64,000 bases of DNA from Acetothermia bacterium UBA3571 (GCA_002375995.1 DFNI01000011.1:13333-77332), one strand, 5' to 3'; shown: positions 8,375-17,554, counted from the stretch's first letter. Made by a program: numbers and translations. Notes: a model not told the origin generated them from the letters alone.

Positions 8375-9007
8375 ATGGCCGCCGAGACCGCCCGTAGACG
8401 CTATGACCCTATCGCCCCGGTTTACGATCTCTTGCAGTGCCCGATGGGACGGGCCTCCGCCTCTTGGCGGAAGCGGCTCTGGGCTGAGGCAAAAGGCCCT
8501 CGCCTCCTCGAGGCCGGGGTGGGAACGGGACGCAATTTTCCGTTTTACCCCAACTCGGCCAAGATCACCGCGGCGGACATAAGTCCCCGGATGCTCGCCC
8601 GGGCGAGGGCCCGCGCCTCCCGCATGGACCTTGAGGTTGAGCTCCGGGAGATGGACATTCAGTCCCTGGGTTACCCCGATAACAGCTTCGATTCCGCCGT
8701 CTCTAGCTTCGTGTTCTGTTCGGTGCCCGACCCCGTGCGGGGGCTTAAGGAGCTCGCCCGGGTGGTGAAGCCCGGAGGAAGGATAGTCCTTCTTGAGCAC
8801 GTACGTCCCCGGGGGCGGGTGCTCGGGCGGCTCTTCGACTTCCTTACCCCCTTGGTGGTGCGGCTTTTCGGATTCCGCCTGAACCGGCGGACCGTGGAGA
8901 ACGTCCGCCGCGCCGGGCTTAAGCTGGAGAGGGTTGATTACCTCGATCGGGTGGGGATCGTGAAGCTGATCGTGGCCCGCCCGCACAAGGAGGTGGACGA
9001 TGGCTGA
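8375..9007 (+). CDS. Class I SAM-dependent methyltransferase (UbiE/Methyltransf_11-like)
   Basis: Motif I LEAGVGTGRNF, acidic loop ITAADISPRM, and motif post-I/II region VKPGGRIVLLEH. Confidence 0.8.
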   Translation: MAAETARRRYDPIAPVYDLLQCPMGRASASWRKRLWAEAKGPRLLEAGVGTGRNFPFYPNSAKITAADISPRMLARARARASRMDLEVELREMDIQSLGYPDNSFDSAVSSFVFCSVPDPVRGLKELARVVKPGGRIVLLEHVRPRGRVLGRLFDFLTPLVVRLFGFRLNRRTVENVRRAGLKLERVDYLDRVGIVKLIVARPHKEVDDG

Positions 9008-9374
9008 GGTGAAGGAAAGGCCGGTGGGGGCGTTCGTACTGTCGCTCCTTGCCGGGATCTGGATGGTGGGCGCAGGACTCATGATATACCGTTGGAGCGG
9101 CACCACGTCTTGGATGTGGGGCCACGGGATGATGGGCGGATACCTCGGGTGGGGTCGGTTGCCCTGGTTGGGCTTGATTTTCGGGATCGTGGTCCTCGTC
9201 GGGGCAATCGCTATTTACCTTAGGCCCGACAAAACCTCAGGTTGGGGTATCGCCATCCTGGTGGCCTCCGCCGTGAACGTCCTCTTCGGCATGGGAGGGC
9301 TGCTCGCAGGACTTCTGGGGATCGCGGGTGGAGCGTGGGCCATCGCCTGGAGGCCGGGAGAAGGTGGTGATTGA
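9000..9374 (+). CDS. Hypothetical integral membrane protein (3-4 TM, Trp/Gly-rich)
   Basis: Hydrophobic segments; overlaps the start of the downstream Cu ATPase, which suggests co-transcription. Confidence 0.5.
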   Translation: MAEVKERPVGAFVLSLLAGIWMVGAGLMIYRWSGTTSWMWGHGMMGGYLGWGRLPWLGLIFGIVVLVGAIAIYLRPDKTSGWGIAILVASAVNVLFGMGGLLAGLLGIAGGAWAIAWRPGEGGD

Positions 9375-11611
9375 TCATGGCGGTGAAGGATCCGGTATGC
9401 GGGATGGAGCTCGAGGCGGCCTCGGCCGCCGAGACCCGGGAGTTCCGGGGAAAGACCTACTACTTCTGCTCCTCCTCCTGCGCAGATAAGTTCGATAAAG
9501 AGCCGGAAAAGTACGCCGGTGCCCCTGGTGGAGGCCATGAACACGGGGAGCACGCTGGGCACAGTGGACACGAACATCACGAGTACAAGGCCCATGAGGG
9601 CCACGCCGGCCATGCCAAACACGAAGGCATGGGCCACGGGGAACACGGGCACCACGACCATCACGCCCACCACGCCCAGATGGTGGCTGACTTCCGCCGC
9701 CGGTTCTGGGTCTCCCTAGGCCTCACTGTCCCCATCCTGCTTTTGTCTCCCCTGATCCAAAAATTCTTGGGCCTCCCCAAGGCTTTGGCCTTCCCGGGAG
9801 CTCCCTACCTCCAGCTCGTCCTCGCCTCCGCGGTCTACTTCTATGGCGGCTGGCCCTTCCTCAAGGGCATGTGGGATGAGCTCAGAAAAAAGCAGCCGGG
9901 GATGATGACCCTGATCGCCCTGGCCATCTCGGTGGCCTACGTGTACTCCGCCGCGGTGGTCCTAGGCCTTGCGGGCCAGGTCTTCTTCTGGGAGCTGGCC
10001 ACATTGATCGACGTGATGCTCCTTGGGCACTGGATCGAGATGCGGTCGGTGTTGGGCGCGTCCAAGGCGCTGGAGGAGCTCGCACGCCTCATGCCTTCTA
10101 CCGCCCACCTCCTTAAGGATGGAACGGTGGAGGACGTTCCCATCGAGGTCCTGAAACCCGGCGATCGGGTGCTGGTGAAACCGGGAGAAAAGATCCCCGT
10201 GGACGGCATCGTGATCGAGGGGCGCACCACGGTGAACGAGTCCATGCTCACCGGGGAGTCCCGGCCAGTGGAAAAAGGCGAGGGCGATGAGGTGATCGGC
10301 GGTGCGGTGAACGGGGAGTCGGCCATCACCGTGGAGGTCAAGCGCACCGGGGACGAGACGTATCTCGCGCAAGTGATCGATCTCGTGAGGAAGGCCCAGG
10401 AAGCCCGCTCCAAGACCCAGGACCTCGCCAACCGGGCGGCCCTGTGGCTCACTATCATCGCCCTCGGCGGAGGTGTGGCCACACTCCTCGGGTGGCTGGG
10501 GGCTGGGAAGGATTTCAACTTCGCCCTCACCCGGATGGTCACGGTAATGGTGATTGCCTGCCCGCACGCGCTGGGGCTTGCGATCCCGTTGGTGGTCTCG
10601 GTGTCCACTGCCATCGCCGCCCGGCGTGGGTTCCTCATCCGAGATCGCACCGCCTTCGAGCGGGCGCGCGGGCTTCAGGCAGTGGTGTTCGACAAAACCG
10701 GCACCCTCACCCTGGGCCAGTTCGGGGTCACCGACGTGGTGGCCTTCTCCGAGCTCCCCGAGGAAGAAGTGCTGCGGCTCGCAGCGGCGGTGGAGTCACG
10801 CTCCGAGCACCCCATAGCAGCGGGGATCGTGGCCGCCGCCAAAGAACGGAAGATCGAGATCCCCGAACCCCAGGACGTGAAGGCCATCCCCGGCCGGGGT
10901 GTCGAGGGAAAGCTGGACGGAGAGCCGATCATGGTGGTGAGCCCGAGCTACCTCGCCGAGCAGGGACACGATCCCGACGACCCCCGGGTGGCAGAACTCG
11001 CCTCCCAGGGGAAGACGGTGGTCTACCTCTTGGTGGACGGGAAACCCATAGGGGCCATCGCCCTCGCGGACATGATCCGGCCCGAGTCCCGGGAGGCGGT
11101 GGAGAAGCTAAAGGGGATGGGCATCAAGGTCATGATGCTCACCGGAGACGCCGAAGAGGTGGCCAAGTGGGTGGCCGGCGAGTTGGGCCTCGACCACTAC
11201 TTCGCCCAGGTCCTCCCCCACGAGAAGGCCGAGGTGATCAAGAAGGTGAAGGCTCAAGGGCTTACCGTGGCCATGGTGGGGGACGGGGTGAACGACGCGC
11301 CGGCCCTGGTGGAGGCCGATGTGGGCATTGCCATCGGAGCAGGGACCGATGTGGCCATCGAGTCGGCGGACATCGTGCTCGTGCGCAACGATCCCCGGGA
11401 CATCGCGGCGGTTATCAGCCTCGCCCGGGCCACCTACGGGAAGATGGTCCAGAACCTGGGTTGGGCCACGGGCTACAACTCCTTCGCCATCCCCATGGCC
11501 GCCGGAGCTCTGTACCCGGTGGGGGTGCTGCTTTCGCCGGCGTTGGGGGCGGCGCTGATGGCCCTTTCCACGGTGATCGTGGCCATCAACGCCCGCCTGC
11601 TCAAGGGGTGA
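9371..11611 (+). CDS. copB: Copper-translocating P1B-3 type ATPase (CopB-like) with an N-terminal YHS domain and His-rich stretch
   Basis: N-terminal DPVCGMELE...[12 protein letters not shown] (YHS); His-rich region ([46 protein letters not shown]); TM6 CPH motif ([12 protein letters not shown]); DKTGTLT; GDGVNDAP; TM8 MALST. Confidence 0.9.
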   Translation: MIMAVKDPVCGMELEAASAAETREFRGKTYYFCSSSCADKFDKEPEKYAGAPGGGHEHGEHAGHSGHEHHEYKAHEGHAGHAKHEGMGHGEHGHHDHHAHHAQMVADFRRRFWVSLGLTVPILLLSPLIQKFLGLPKALAFPGAPYLQLVLASAVYFYGGWPFLKGMWDELRKKQPGMMTLIALAISVAYVYSAAVVLGLAGQVFFWELATLIDVMLLGHWIEMRSVLGASKALEELARLMPSTAHLLKDGTVEDVPIEVLKPGDRVLVKPGEKIPVDGIVIEGRTTVNESMLTGESRPVEKGEGDEVIGGAVNGESAITVEVKRTGDETYLAQVIDLVRKAQEARSKTQDLANRAALWLTIIALGGGVATLLGWLGAGKDFNFALTRMVTVMVIACPHALGLAIPLVVSVSTAIAARRGFLIRDRTAFERARGLQAVVFDKTGTLTLGQFGVTDVVAFSELPEEEVLRLAAAVESRSEHPIAAGIVAAAKERKIEIPEPQDVKAIPGRGVEGKLDGEPIMVVSPSYLAEQGHDPDDPRVAELASQGKTVVYLLVDGKPIGAIALADMIRPESREAVEKLKGMGIKVMMLTGDAEEVAKWVAGELGLDHYFAQVLPHEKAEVIKKVKAQGLTVAMVGDGVNDAPALVEADVGIAIGAGTDVAIESADIVLVRNDPRDIAAVISLARATYGKMVQNLGWATGYNSFAIPMAAGALYPVGVLLSPALGAALMALSTVIVAINARLLKG

Positions 11612-11751
11612 CCGATGCCCGCGAAAGGGACCCCGCCCGCTCAAGAACACACTGCTCGGGTTGCGTGGCTCCATAAAGCCGCGCCGCCGGCTCGAGGACC
11701 TGGAGCGGGTGCGGGCGGAGGTGCGCCGCCGCACGAGACTGAGGGTTCAGG

Positions 11752-11988
11752 GCTTTAAGACCTGACCCTGAGAAACCTGACTCGGGCGTTCCGAGGGGCT
11801 ATGCGGACACTGAGGTTGTCCTTGTTGCTTTTGGGCACGGTGATATCGCAGGAACCTTCGGCTTTTGGGTCACCGATAAGGAGAACGCTTCACTCCTGGA
11901 CTCCTTCTACTTCACCCTCGTCACGGTGGCCACCGTGGGCTACGGTGACATCACCCCGCGAACCACCGCCGGGACATCACCCGCTTAA
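11752..11988 (+). pseudogene. Remnant of a K+ channel gene (TM1, pore helix and TVGYGD selectivity filter, then a stop; no start codon and no TM2)
   Basis: Manual translation of the frame between TGA (11749) and TAA (11986): ...TEVVLVAFGHGDIAGTFGFWVTDKENASLLDSFYFTLVTVATVGYGDITPRTTAGTSPA*. A possible upstream N-terminal piece lies in another frame (11650-11765). Confidence 0.4.
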
Positions 11989-12017
11989 GCTGCTGTGCCG
12001 AGTGACCGGTGCTTGGG

Positions 12018-12049
12018 TTGACCTGGCACCGTGGTGCAGGGTTTATAGT
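12018..12049 (+). promoter_or_regulatory. Putative MerR-type promoter: TTGACC, 20-bp spacer containing the inverted repeat GCACC-gt-GGTGC, then TATAGT
   Basis: -35 and -10 hexamers are 20 bp apart, the MerR-regulated promoter hallmark; the ATG of the MerR gene lies 9 nt after the -10 with no SD, so the transcript is probably leaderless. Confidence 0.35.
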
Positions 12050-12058
12050 GGATAGCTG

Positions 12059-12472
12059 ATGGAGTATCTGACGGTGGGACAATTGGCGGAGCGGGCAGGG
12101 GTGAAGAGATCTGCCCTGCGTTACTACGAGCGGCGAGGCCTTCTCCTCCCAGCACGGCGAAGCCCATCCGGTTACCGCCTGTACCTGCCCGACGCTGTGT
12201 CCACCGTGGTGTTCATAAAGAGGGCCCAGGGTCTCGGCTTCTCCCTGGGCGAGATCGCAGAGCTCCTCGCATTGCGCCGTGCCCCAGCTCTCCCGCGGGA
12301 TCGGGTGCGCATGCTGGCTGCGGAAAAGCTCCAAGAAGTAAGGCGAAGGATCGCGGCCCTGCGGGAGCTTGAAGCGGCTTTGGAAGGACTCCTCGAGGCC
12401 TGTGAGAGGTCCGGGGATCCCCGCAGTTGTCCCATTCTCTCGGCATTGGAAGTAATAAGGAGATGCGATTGA
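12059..12472 (+). CDS. MerR family metal-responsive transcriptional regulator, CueR-like
   Basis: N-terminal HTH (LTVGQLAERAGVKRSALRYYERRGLL), a coiled-coil dimerisation helix, and a C-terminal CERSGDPRSCP (C-x8-C-P) metal-binding loop resembling CueR. Confidence 0.85.
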   Translation: MEYLTVGQLAERAGVKRSALRYYERRGLLLPARRSPSGYRLYLPDAVSTVVFIKRAQGLGFSLGEIAELLALRRAPALPRDRVRMLAAEKLQEVRRRIAALRELEAALEGLLEACERSGDPRSCPILSALEVIRRCD

Positions 12473-12720
12473 TCGAGATCTTCAGCGCGGGTTGCCCGGT
12501 CTGTGAGGAAATTGTCAAGCGGATCAGCGAGATCGGCTGCGACGCCCGTGAGATTCGTGTCCTTGACATGCGCGATCCCCAGGTGGCCCAGCGAGCGAAT
12601 GAGTTGGGGATCCGGGCGGTCCCGGCGGTAGTGATCGACGGGAAGCTCGCCGACTGTTGTGCCGACGCTGGACCGGATCTAGCCACCCTCAGAAGCCTGG
12701 TCCCGGGCCGCGAGAAATAG
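12463..12720 (+). CDS. Small thioredoxin-fold protein (Thioredoxin_3/glutaredoxin-like, CPVC active site)
   Basis: IEIFSAGCPVCEE active-site motif; about 85 aa; overlaps the MerR stop; the start is ATG 12463 or TTG 12469 (the RBS AAGGAG lies 6 nt before the TTG). Confidence 0.7.
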   Translation: MRLIEIFSAGCPVCEEIVKRISEIGCDAREIRVLDMRDPQVAQRANELGIRAVPAVVIDGKLADCCADAGPDLATLRSLVPGREK

Positions 12721-13097
12721 GTCAAGCTGCGGCGTTTCCACGGGGCCTCCGTCTCTCCTCTAAAACTTTTCCGCTCGGAAGTTATAAAATGAATTTCAAA
12801 AACGTTTTCGACTTTGCATTGGCCGAAATCGCTGGAACGGGGAGGTTTATATGAGAAAACCGTTTCCGGATAAGACGAGGTCCACGAGCCCACAAACGGA
12901 TAACTCCGTACCGTCCCGCTCCGTCGACGCGGACCCGGGGCACTTCCCACCCCACTCCACGCGGCTCCGCCTCCACTTATCCAGCATGTCCGTTCAGCAA
13001 GCCCCGGGGGCACGGTGATCATCGGTGCCCCGTGGCGACACAAGCTACGCCTGAAGCGCGCTTTTACGCGGTGCAGATCACAAAAAGGAGGTTTGAA

Positions 13098-13717
13098 ATG
13101 CGTTTACGAGGTTTTACAGCAGTAGGGATGGCGATGCTGTTCCTTCTTTCCGGCCTCCCCCTCACAGCACAATCGCCCTCCTCGAGCTCAGCACCACCGC
13201 CCGTCTCGATCTGGTTTTCCGTGCCCTCGGAGTTGGAGAGGCTGAGGGGAGAATTGGAGAGGGAGTTGAGCCAGCGGTTCCGAGAAGCAGGTGAGGGGCT
13301 GGGCGTGCCGTTGCCCAGGAACAATCCCGTTCCGGGGATGTCCATCGGGATCTTCCCCGACGGGACATTCGCTGCGGTGGTACCTGCCCGGGGCTTGGCG
13401 AGCCTTCCATCTGTCCTCCGTGGGAGAACGACCTTGGGGTTGCTTTACCTTTCGGCCCCCGGGGGTCAGCTCCCGAGCGGCTTTTATAGGATGGAGCTTA
13501 GCTATGGTCCTAGGAGTCAAGTCATTCTCACCGGGGTGGCTGTAGGGGGGACGGTCCCGCACCTTCGCCTTCCCGGCTTTCCTCGAGGACAACTCTGGGG
13601 GAGACGCCGCCCCATCAAGTACCCGGTTGCAGTGGAAGCCCGTACCGAGCGGAGGCGAAGTCTGTGTCTCCGTAACCGTGGGCAAGATCTCGGTGGTCGT
13701 CTGCATCCGCTGGTGAG
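13098..13717 (+). CDS. Hypothetical secreted protein; coding apparently continues in another frame after about 13560 (frameshift)
   Basis: RBS AAGGAGG before ATG 13098; signal peptide MRLRGFTAVGMAMLFLLSGLPLTAQS. After about 13560 the tail of the track ORF frame turns R-rich with low GC3, while the -1 frame has high GC3 (…LQWKPVPSGGEVCVSVTVGKISVVVCIRW*) and stops at 13717, just before a strong terminator. Confidence 0.4.
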
Positions 13718-13738
13718 CACCCCGGTGCAACGCCAAAA

Positions 13739-13767
13739 GGGGGAGGTACCTGCCTCCCCCTTTCTCT
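13739..13767 (+). terminator. Rho-independent terminator (GGGGGAGG-tacctg-CCTCCCCC then TTTCTCT), possibly bidirectional
   Basis: Perfect 8-bp GC stem plus T-tract; it lies inside the tail of track ORF 13032..13811, which argues that tail is not coding. Confidence 0.55.
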
Positions 13768-13963
13768 CGAAGGCTTGGCAGCGGGTGGCCGGACGGGGGC
13801 TCGAGGCGTGATGTCTCAGGGATGTGTACGGGAGAAGTCCGAAGTTGACCCCCTGGAGTGCGTCCACCGGGGGTTTGCGGGAAAAAGCGGGCAACGGCCA
13901 CGCCGGTGGCCATCCGCGGGAAGTCCCTCGATCGCTGTTTCCCCTCCGGCCCTGAACCCGCGG

Positions 13964-14470
13964 TCATCGTGGGCCCCTGGGGCCGGGAAGGCAATCCGGT
14001 GGGCCCTGATCGAGGCGTTCCCTGATCTTCTCGGCGATGCGGTCCAGTTCGGTCTTCCGGGCAGCCCTTCTTCCCGGAGTGGCTTCCCCGTAATAGGGGA
14101 TGACGTGGACATGCAGGTGGAAGACTTCCTGGCCCGCGGCGCGGTCGTTAAGCTGCACGATGCGTATCCCCGCGGCCCCCAAAGCCTCCCGCAGTGCCCC
14201 GGCGATCCTCCGTGCCGTGATGAACACCCGTGCTACTTCGGCCTCGGGAAGCTCCCAAATGTGGGCGTAATGGCGTTTAGGGATCACCAAGGTGTGCCCT
14301 TCGTTTATGGGCCTAATATCCAAGAAGGCGAGCACTCCCTCGTTCTCATACACTACGCTCGCCGGGGCTTCGCCACGCACGATCCGGCAAAAGACGCAGT
14401 CCTCCAGAGATTTTGCCCGTGACATGTCGTCCACGATTTTTAGCTGCCACGTGAGAAACTTGGGCGTCAA
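13964..14470 (-). CDS. HIT family (histidine triad) hydrolase
   Basis: CVFCRIVRGE and the HIT motif HLHVHVIP; the probable true start is MSRAK at 14425. Confidence 0.8.
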   Translation of the reverse strand: MTPKFLTWQLKIVDDMSRAKSLEDCVFCRIVRGEAPASVVYENEGVLAFLDIRPINEGHTLVIPKRHYAHIWELPEAEVARVFITARRIAGALREALGAAGIRIVQLNDRAAGQEVFHLHVHVIPYYGEATPGRRAARKTELDRIAEKIRERLDQGPPDCLPGPRGPR

Positions 14471-14473
14471 AGA

Positions 14474-14899
14474 CTATGGAGGGGGCAGATTGAGGTCCGG
14501 CAGTTCCTGGGCCAATTCCTCGAAGAGATCGTCCTCGATGAAAATAGGAGAGCTCATCCGCAAGGCCAAGGCCACCGAATCGGAGGGACGGGCGTCTACC
14601 TTGCGGATTTTCCCAGAAGGAAGGCGGAGCCATAGGTGGGCGTAGCATACCCCCTCCACCACATCCACCAATACCACTCTATCCAGGGAACATCCCAAAG
14701 AATCAAGGAGCGCTTTCATGAGATCGTGGGTGAACGGGCGTGGCGGAGGCGTCCCCTGGAGGTGGAGGAGGATGGCCATCGCCTCCGGTGCACCGATCCT
14801 GAGGGTGATGTAACGGGGAACTACCAGATCTTTCAATAGAAGTATAGGTGCATTAGCTTCGCGATCGAACGCGATCCCCCCGACCACAAGTTCTCTCAT
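14474..14899 (-). CDS. Bifunctional nuclease (BFN/DUF151) family protein
   Basis: LVVGGIAFD...PILLLKD...RPFTHDLM...CYAHLWL are BFN-domain features; start at MRELVV (14899) with RBS GGGGGA 7 nt upstream; the upstream extension of the ORF is probably spurious. Confidence 0.7.
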   Translation of the reverse strand: MRELVVGGIAFDREANAPILLLKDLVVPRYITLRIGAPEAMAILLHLQGTPPPRPFTHDLMKALLDSLGCSLDRVVLVDVVEGVCYAHLWLRLPSGKIRKVDARPSDSVALALRMSSPIFIEDDLFEELAQELPDLNLPPP

Positions 14900-15074
14900 G
14901 TGACATCCCCCGCCAATATAAGTCTCCCCACTTTCGAGGCTAGCGCAATATCCCCGAAACTCATTGTCCATTATAGCGGCCCTTCCCACCCCTTTCTGCT
15001 CTTTCGCCCTTGACAGCGATGAGAAAAGCGATGTACATTGATTTATTCAAAAATCTTCGGGAGGTGGAGAAAGG

Positions 15075-15587
15075 ATGCGAGGCTGGGTTTCAGTGTTATT
15101 GACAGGGCTGTTGGTGTCGCTGGTTGTGGTCCCCACGCTGGGTGCAAAGAGGTGCGAGTGGATCTACCAAGGAGACGACAACCTGGAGGCCACCGAACTC
15201 CTCGCCGAGTTCCTGGAGGATCACGAGGTGGACGTGTACTCGGTGCGGGATTACTTCGTGGTGGTACAGGACAGGTTCAAGGTACTATTAGAGCCGAAGA
15301 TGTCCACTGATGGGCTCGATCGCGTTGTCGCCCATGTGATCTTTTCGGTAAAGGATTTCTATAAGGGCTCCCGCACCCTCCTCAATTTCGTTAACGGTTT
15401 AAACCAAAAGTACAACATCGGTGCCTTTTACATAAATGAAGACGGCGACTTCGCGTTTCAGACGCAGCTAACCTTCCTCGATCATGTGTGCTGGGACGAG
15501 TTGGGCGCGTTTGTAGAGTGGGTGAACAAAAGCTTGTACGCCATTATAAAGGTCAATGAGGATGATTTCACGAAATATCTGAAATGA
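15075..15587 (+). CDS. YbjN-like (putative sensory-transduction regulator / T3SS-chaperone-like fold) protein with an N-terminal signal peptide
   Basis: Distant YbjN-family resemblance (weak); GC is notably lower than that of neighbouring genes. Confidence 0.5.
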   Translation: MRGWVSVLLTGLLVSLVVVPTLGAKRCEWIYQGDDNLEATELLAEFLEDHEVDVYSVRDYFVVVQDRFKVLLEPKMSTDGLDRVVAHVIFSVKDFYKGSRTLLNFVNGLNQKYNIGAFYINEDGDFAFQTQLTFLDHVCWDELGAFVEWVNKSLYAIIKVNEDDFTKYLK

Positions 15588-15592
15588 CGGCG

Positions 15593-17296
15593 CTATTTCA
15601 GTATTCCTAAGAGCTTCTCCCAGGGGAGGGTGTTGATCACGTCCTCCGCCTCGGCCCAGCCGCGGCGGGCCGTGAGGACCCCGTAGCGCATGAATCGCAG
15701 ATGATCGGGGTGATGGGCATCGGTGCCCAACGCCAGCTTCACCCCGGTGTCGATGGCCTCCCGGATGTGTTCGGCACACAGATCCAGGCGCTGGGGGTTG
15801 GCATTCACCTCGAGGATCGTCCCATATTTAGCCGCCCGGCGGAACACTTCTTCCCAATCCACATCATAGGCCGAGCGCTCGCCGATGAGGCGGCCGCTGG
15901 GGTGGGCGATGATGTCCACGTCTTCGTTCTCAATGGCCGAAAGGATTCTTTTCGTCATGTCCTTCTTCGGCATCCGCATATGGGTATGTACCGCCGCCAC
16001 CACCACATCCAGCTCCCGTAAAAGCTCCCGGGGAACGTCGATGGTGCCGTCGGGGAGGATATTGGCCTCGATTCCGCAAAGGAGTCTAAAGCCTTTTAAC
16101 TTCCGATTGAGCTCCTGGATCGCTTCCATTTGCCGCACGAGCTCTTCAGGGCCCAGCCCGGGGATCGCCTGGGCGAAGCGGAAGTGGTCCACGATGGCGA
16201 TGTAACGGTAACCTAGCTCCATGCCGGCCTGTGCCATCTCCTCCAGCGACCCTTTGCCGTCGGACCAGTTGGTGTGGACGTGGAGGTCCCCCAGGATCTG
16301 GTCGGGCTCGACAAGCTTGGGGAGCTTTCCCTCCTCGGCTGCCTGGATTTCCCCGCGGTCCTCCCGCAGTTCCGGCGGTATCCAGGGAAGTCCCAAGGCT
16401 TTGTAGACTTCCGCCTCATCGCGGCCGGCTACCCGCTCTTTCCCTTTGAACACCCCGTATTCGTTGAGCTTGAAGCCTAGGGAAACCGCTCGCTCCCGCA
16501 GGCGGATGTTGTGGGCCTGGGATCCGGTGAAGTACTGGAGCGCGGCCCCGAACGATTCGGCAGGCACGATCCGCAGGTCCACCTGGATACCGTCGGCCAA
16601 ACGCACCGATGTTTTCTTCGGTCCCTTCGCTAACACTTCCTCAACATCCGGAAGGGAGGCGAAGGTGTCGGACGCCTCTTCTGGGCGATCGGATATCCCG
16701 AGGATGTCGATATCGCCAATGGTCTCCTTCCCGCGGCGGAGGGACCCGGCGATCTCTACCGCCTTGAAGAGGCCGCTTTCCCGGAGCTTCTCCCGGATCC
16801 CCTCGGCCAGCGGAAGGGCATAGCCGAGGAGCACCCGCTTCTCCGTCCTCCTGGCCTCAGCCAGGCCCCGCAGGATCTTTTCCTCTACCTTGGGCCCAAG
16901 GCCTGGCACGGTGCGGATGCGGTGCTCCCGGGCGGCCCGCTCGAGGTCGTCCAAGTTCTTCACCCCCAGATGCTCATAGAGCAATTTGGCGATTTTCGGC
17001 CCCACCCCCTCCACTTGGGTAAGGGAGTAAAGGTCCACGGGGAGTTTCTTCTTGAGCTCCTCGTGGTAGCGGAGCCTCCCGGTTTTCACAATCTCTTCGA
17101 TTTTGTCGGCGATGGATTTCCCCACCCCCGGAAGCTCCGTCACCCTTCCCTCACGCACCAGGTCCTCGATGGGGACGGGACAGGATTCCACCGCCTGCGC
17201 GGCCCGGCGGTAGGCCCGGGGCTTGAACTCCACCCCCTCTAACTCCAGGAGGTCCGCGACTTCATAGAGGATTTGGGCGACCTTCCGGTTCTGCAT
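15593..17296 (-). CDS. polX: DNA polymerase/3'-5' exonuclease PolX (Pol beta-like nucleotidyltransferase plus C-terminal PHP domain)
   Basis: N-terminal HhH/Pol-beta fingers (GVGPKIA, GSLRRGKETIGDIDIL) and a C-terminal PHP domain (HVHTNWSDG, DHF). Confidence 0.9.
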   Translation of the reverse strand: MQNRKVAQILYEVADLLELEGVEFKPRAYRRAAQAVESCPVPIEDLVREGRVTELPGVGKSIADKIEEIVKTGRLRYHEELKKKLPVDLYSLTQVEGVGPKIAKLLYEHLGVKNLDDLERAAREHRIRTVPGLGPKVEEKILRGLAEARRTEKRVLLGYALPLAEGIREKLRESGLFKAVEIAGSLRRGKETIGDIDILGISDRPEEASDTFASLPDVEEVLAKGPKKTSVRLADGIQVDLRIVPAESFGAALQYFTGSQAHNIRLRERAVSLGFKLNEYGVFKGKERVAGRDEAEVYKALGLPWIPPELREDRGEIQAAEEGKLPKLVEPDQILGDLHVHTNWSDGKGSLEEMAQAGMELGYRYIAIVDHFRFAQAIPGLGPEELVRQMEAIQELNRKLKGFRLLCGIEANILPDGTIDVPRELLRELDVVVAAVHTHMRMPKKDMTKRILSAIENEDVDIIAHPSGRLIGERSAYDVDWEEVFRRAAKYGTILEVNANPQRLDLCAEHIREAIDTGVKLALGTDAHHPDHLRFMRYGVLTARRGWAEAEDVINTLPWEKLLGILK

Positions 17297-17299
17297 CCC

Positions 17300-17503
17300 T
17301 CAAGCTCCCCCGTAAAGTTGGGCGAAGCGGCGAAAAGAGCGGTCGTAGGTGCGTTCCACCTCTGGAGGGAAGCAACAGGCCGGAAGCTCCTGATGCGCGA
17401 GATGGTAATGAAGACACTCGCAACAGATACCCTTCCGCGGACAATTTGGCCAAGTGCAGGGACACCTCTCAAGGTTCCGAGCCTGGTTCACGCACTCCGC
17501 CAT
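17300..17503 (-). CDS. Small cysteine-rich protein (67 aa; CPCTWPNCPRKGICCECLHYH)
   Basis: Start at MAECVNQ with RBS GGAAAGGAGG; the stop overlaps the polX start (operon). Confidence 0.5.
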   Translation of the reverse strand: MAECVNQARNLERCPCTWPNCPRKGICCECLHYHLAHQELPACCFPPEVERTYDRSFRRFAQLYGGA

Positions 17504-17554
17504 GGGGCCTCCTTTCCGGGTCTTGAGTTTGTGCTTGGGTATAATGCGCAAGCT

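Noticed and set aside
10444-11676. Long alternative-frame ORFs with Arg/Gly/Pro-rich translations. Examples are 10444..11676, 28763..30592, 48756..49520, 59015..59314 and 63145..63906. Many antisense ORFs overlie real genes.
   Set aside because: They lie in the wrong frame or on the antisense strand of well-supported genes. Their translations are low-complexity R/G/P-rich, which is typical of off-frame reads in high-GC DNA.
12852-13019. 57-codon ORF with a GGGAGG RBS in the 300-bp low-GC spacer before the secreted-protein gene (MRKPFPDKTRSTSPQTDNSVPSRS…)
   Set aside because: The translation is hydrophilic, low-complexity and S/P-rich with no recognisable feature. It is more likely untranslated leader or promoter region.
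14900-14989. N-terminal 30 codons of track ORF 14474..14989 (MGRAAIMDNEFRGYCASLESGETYIGGGCH)
   Set aside because: The internal ATG at 14899 has a proper RBS, and the BFN domain begins there. The upstream extension is probably not translated.
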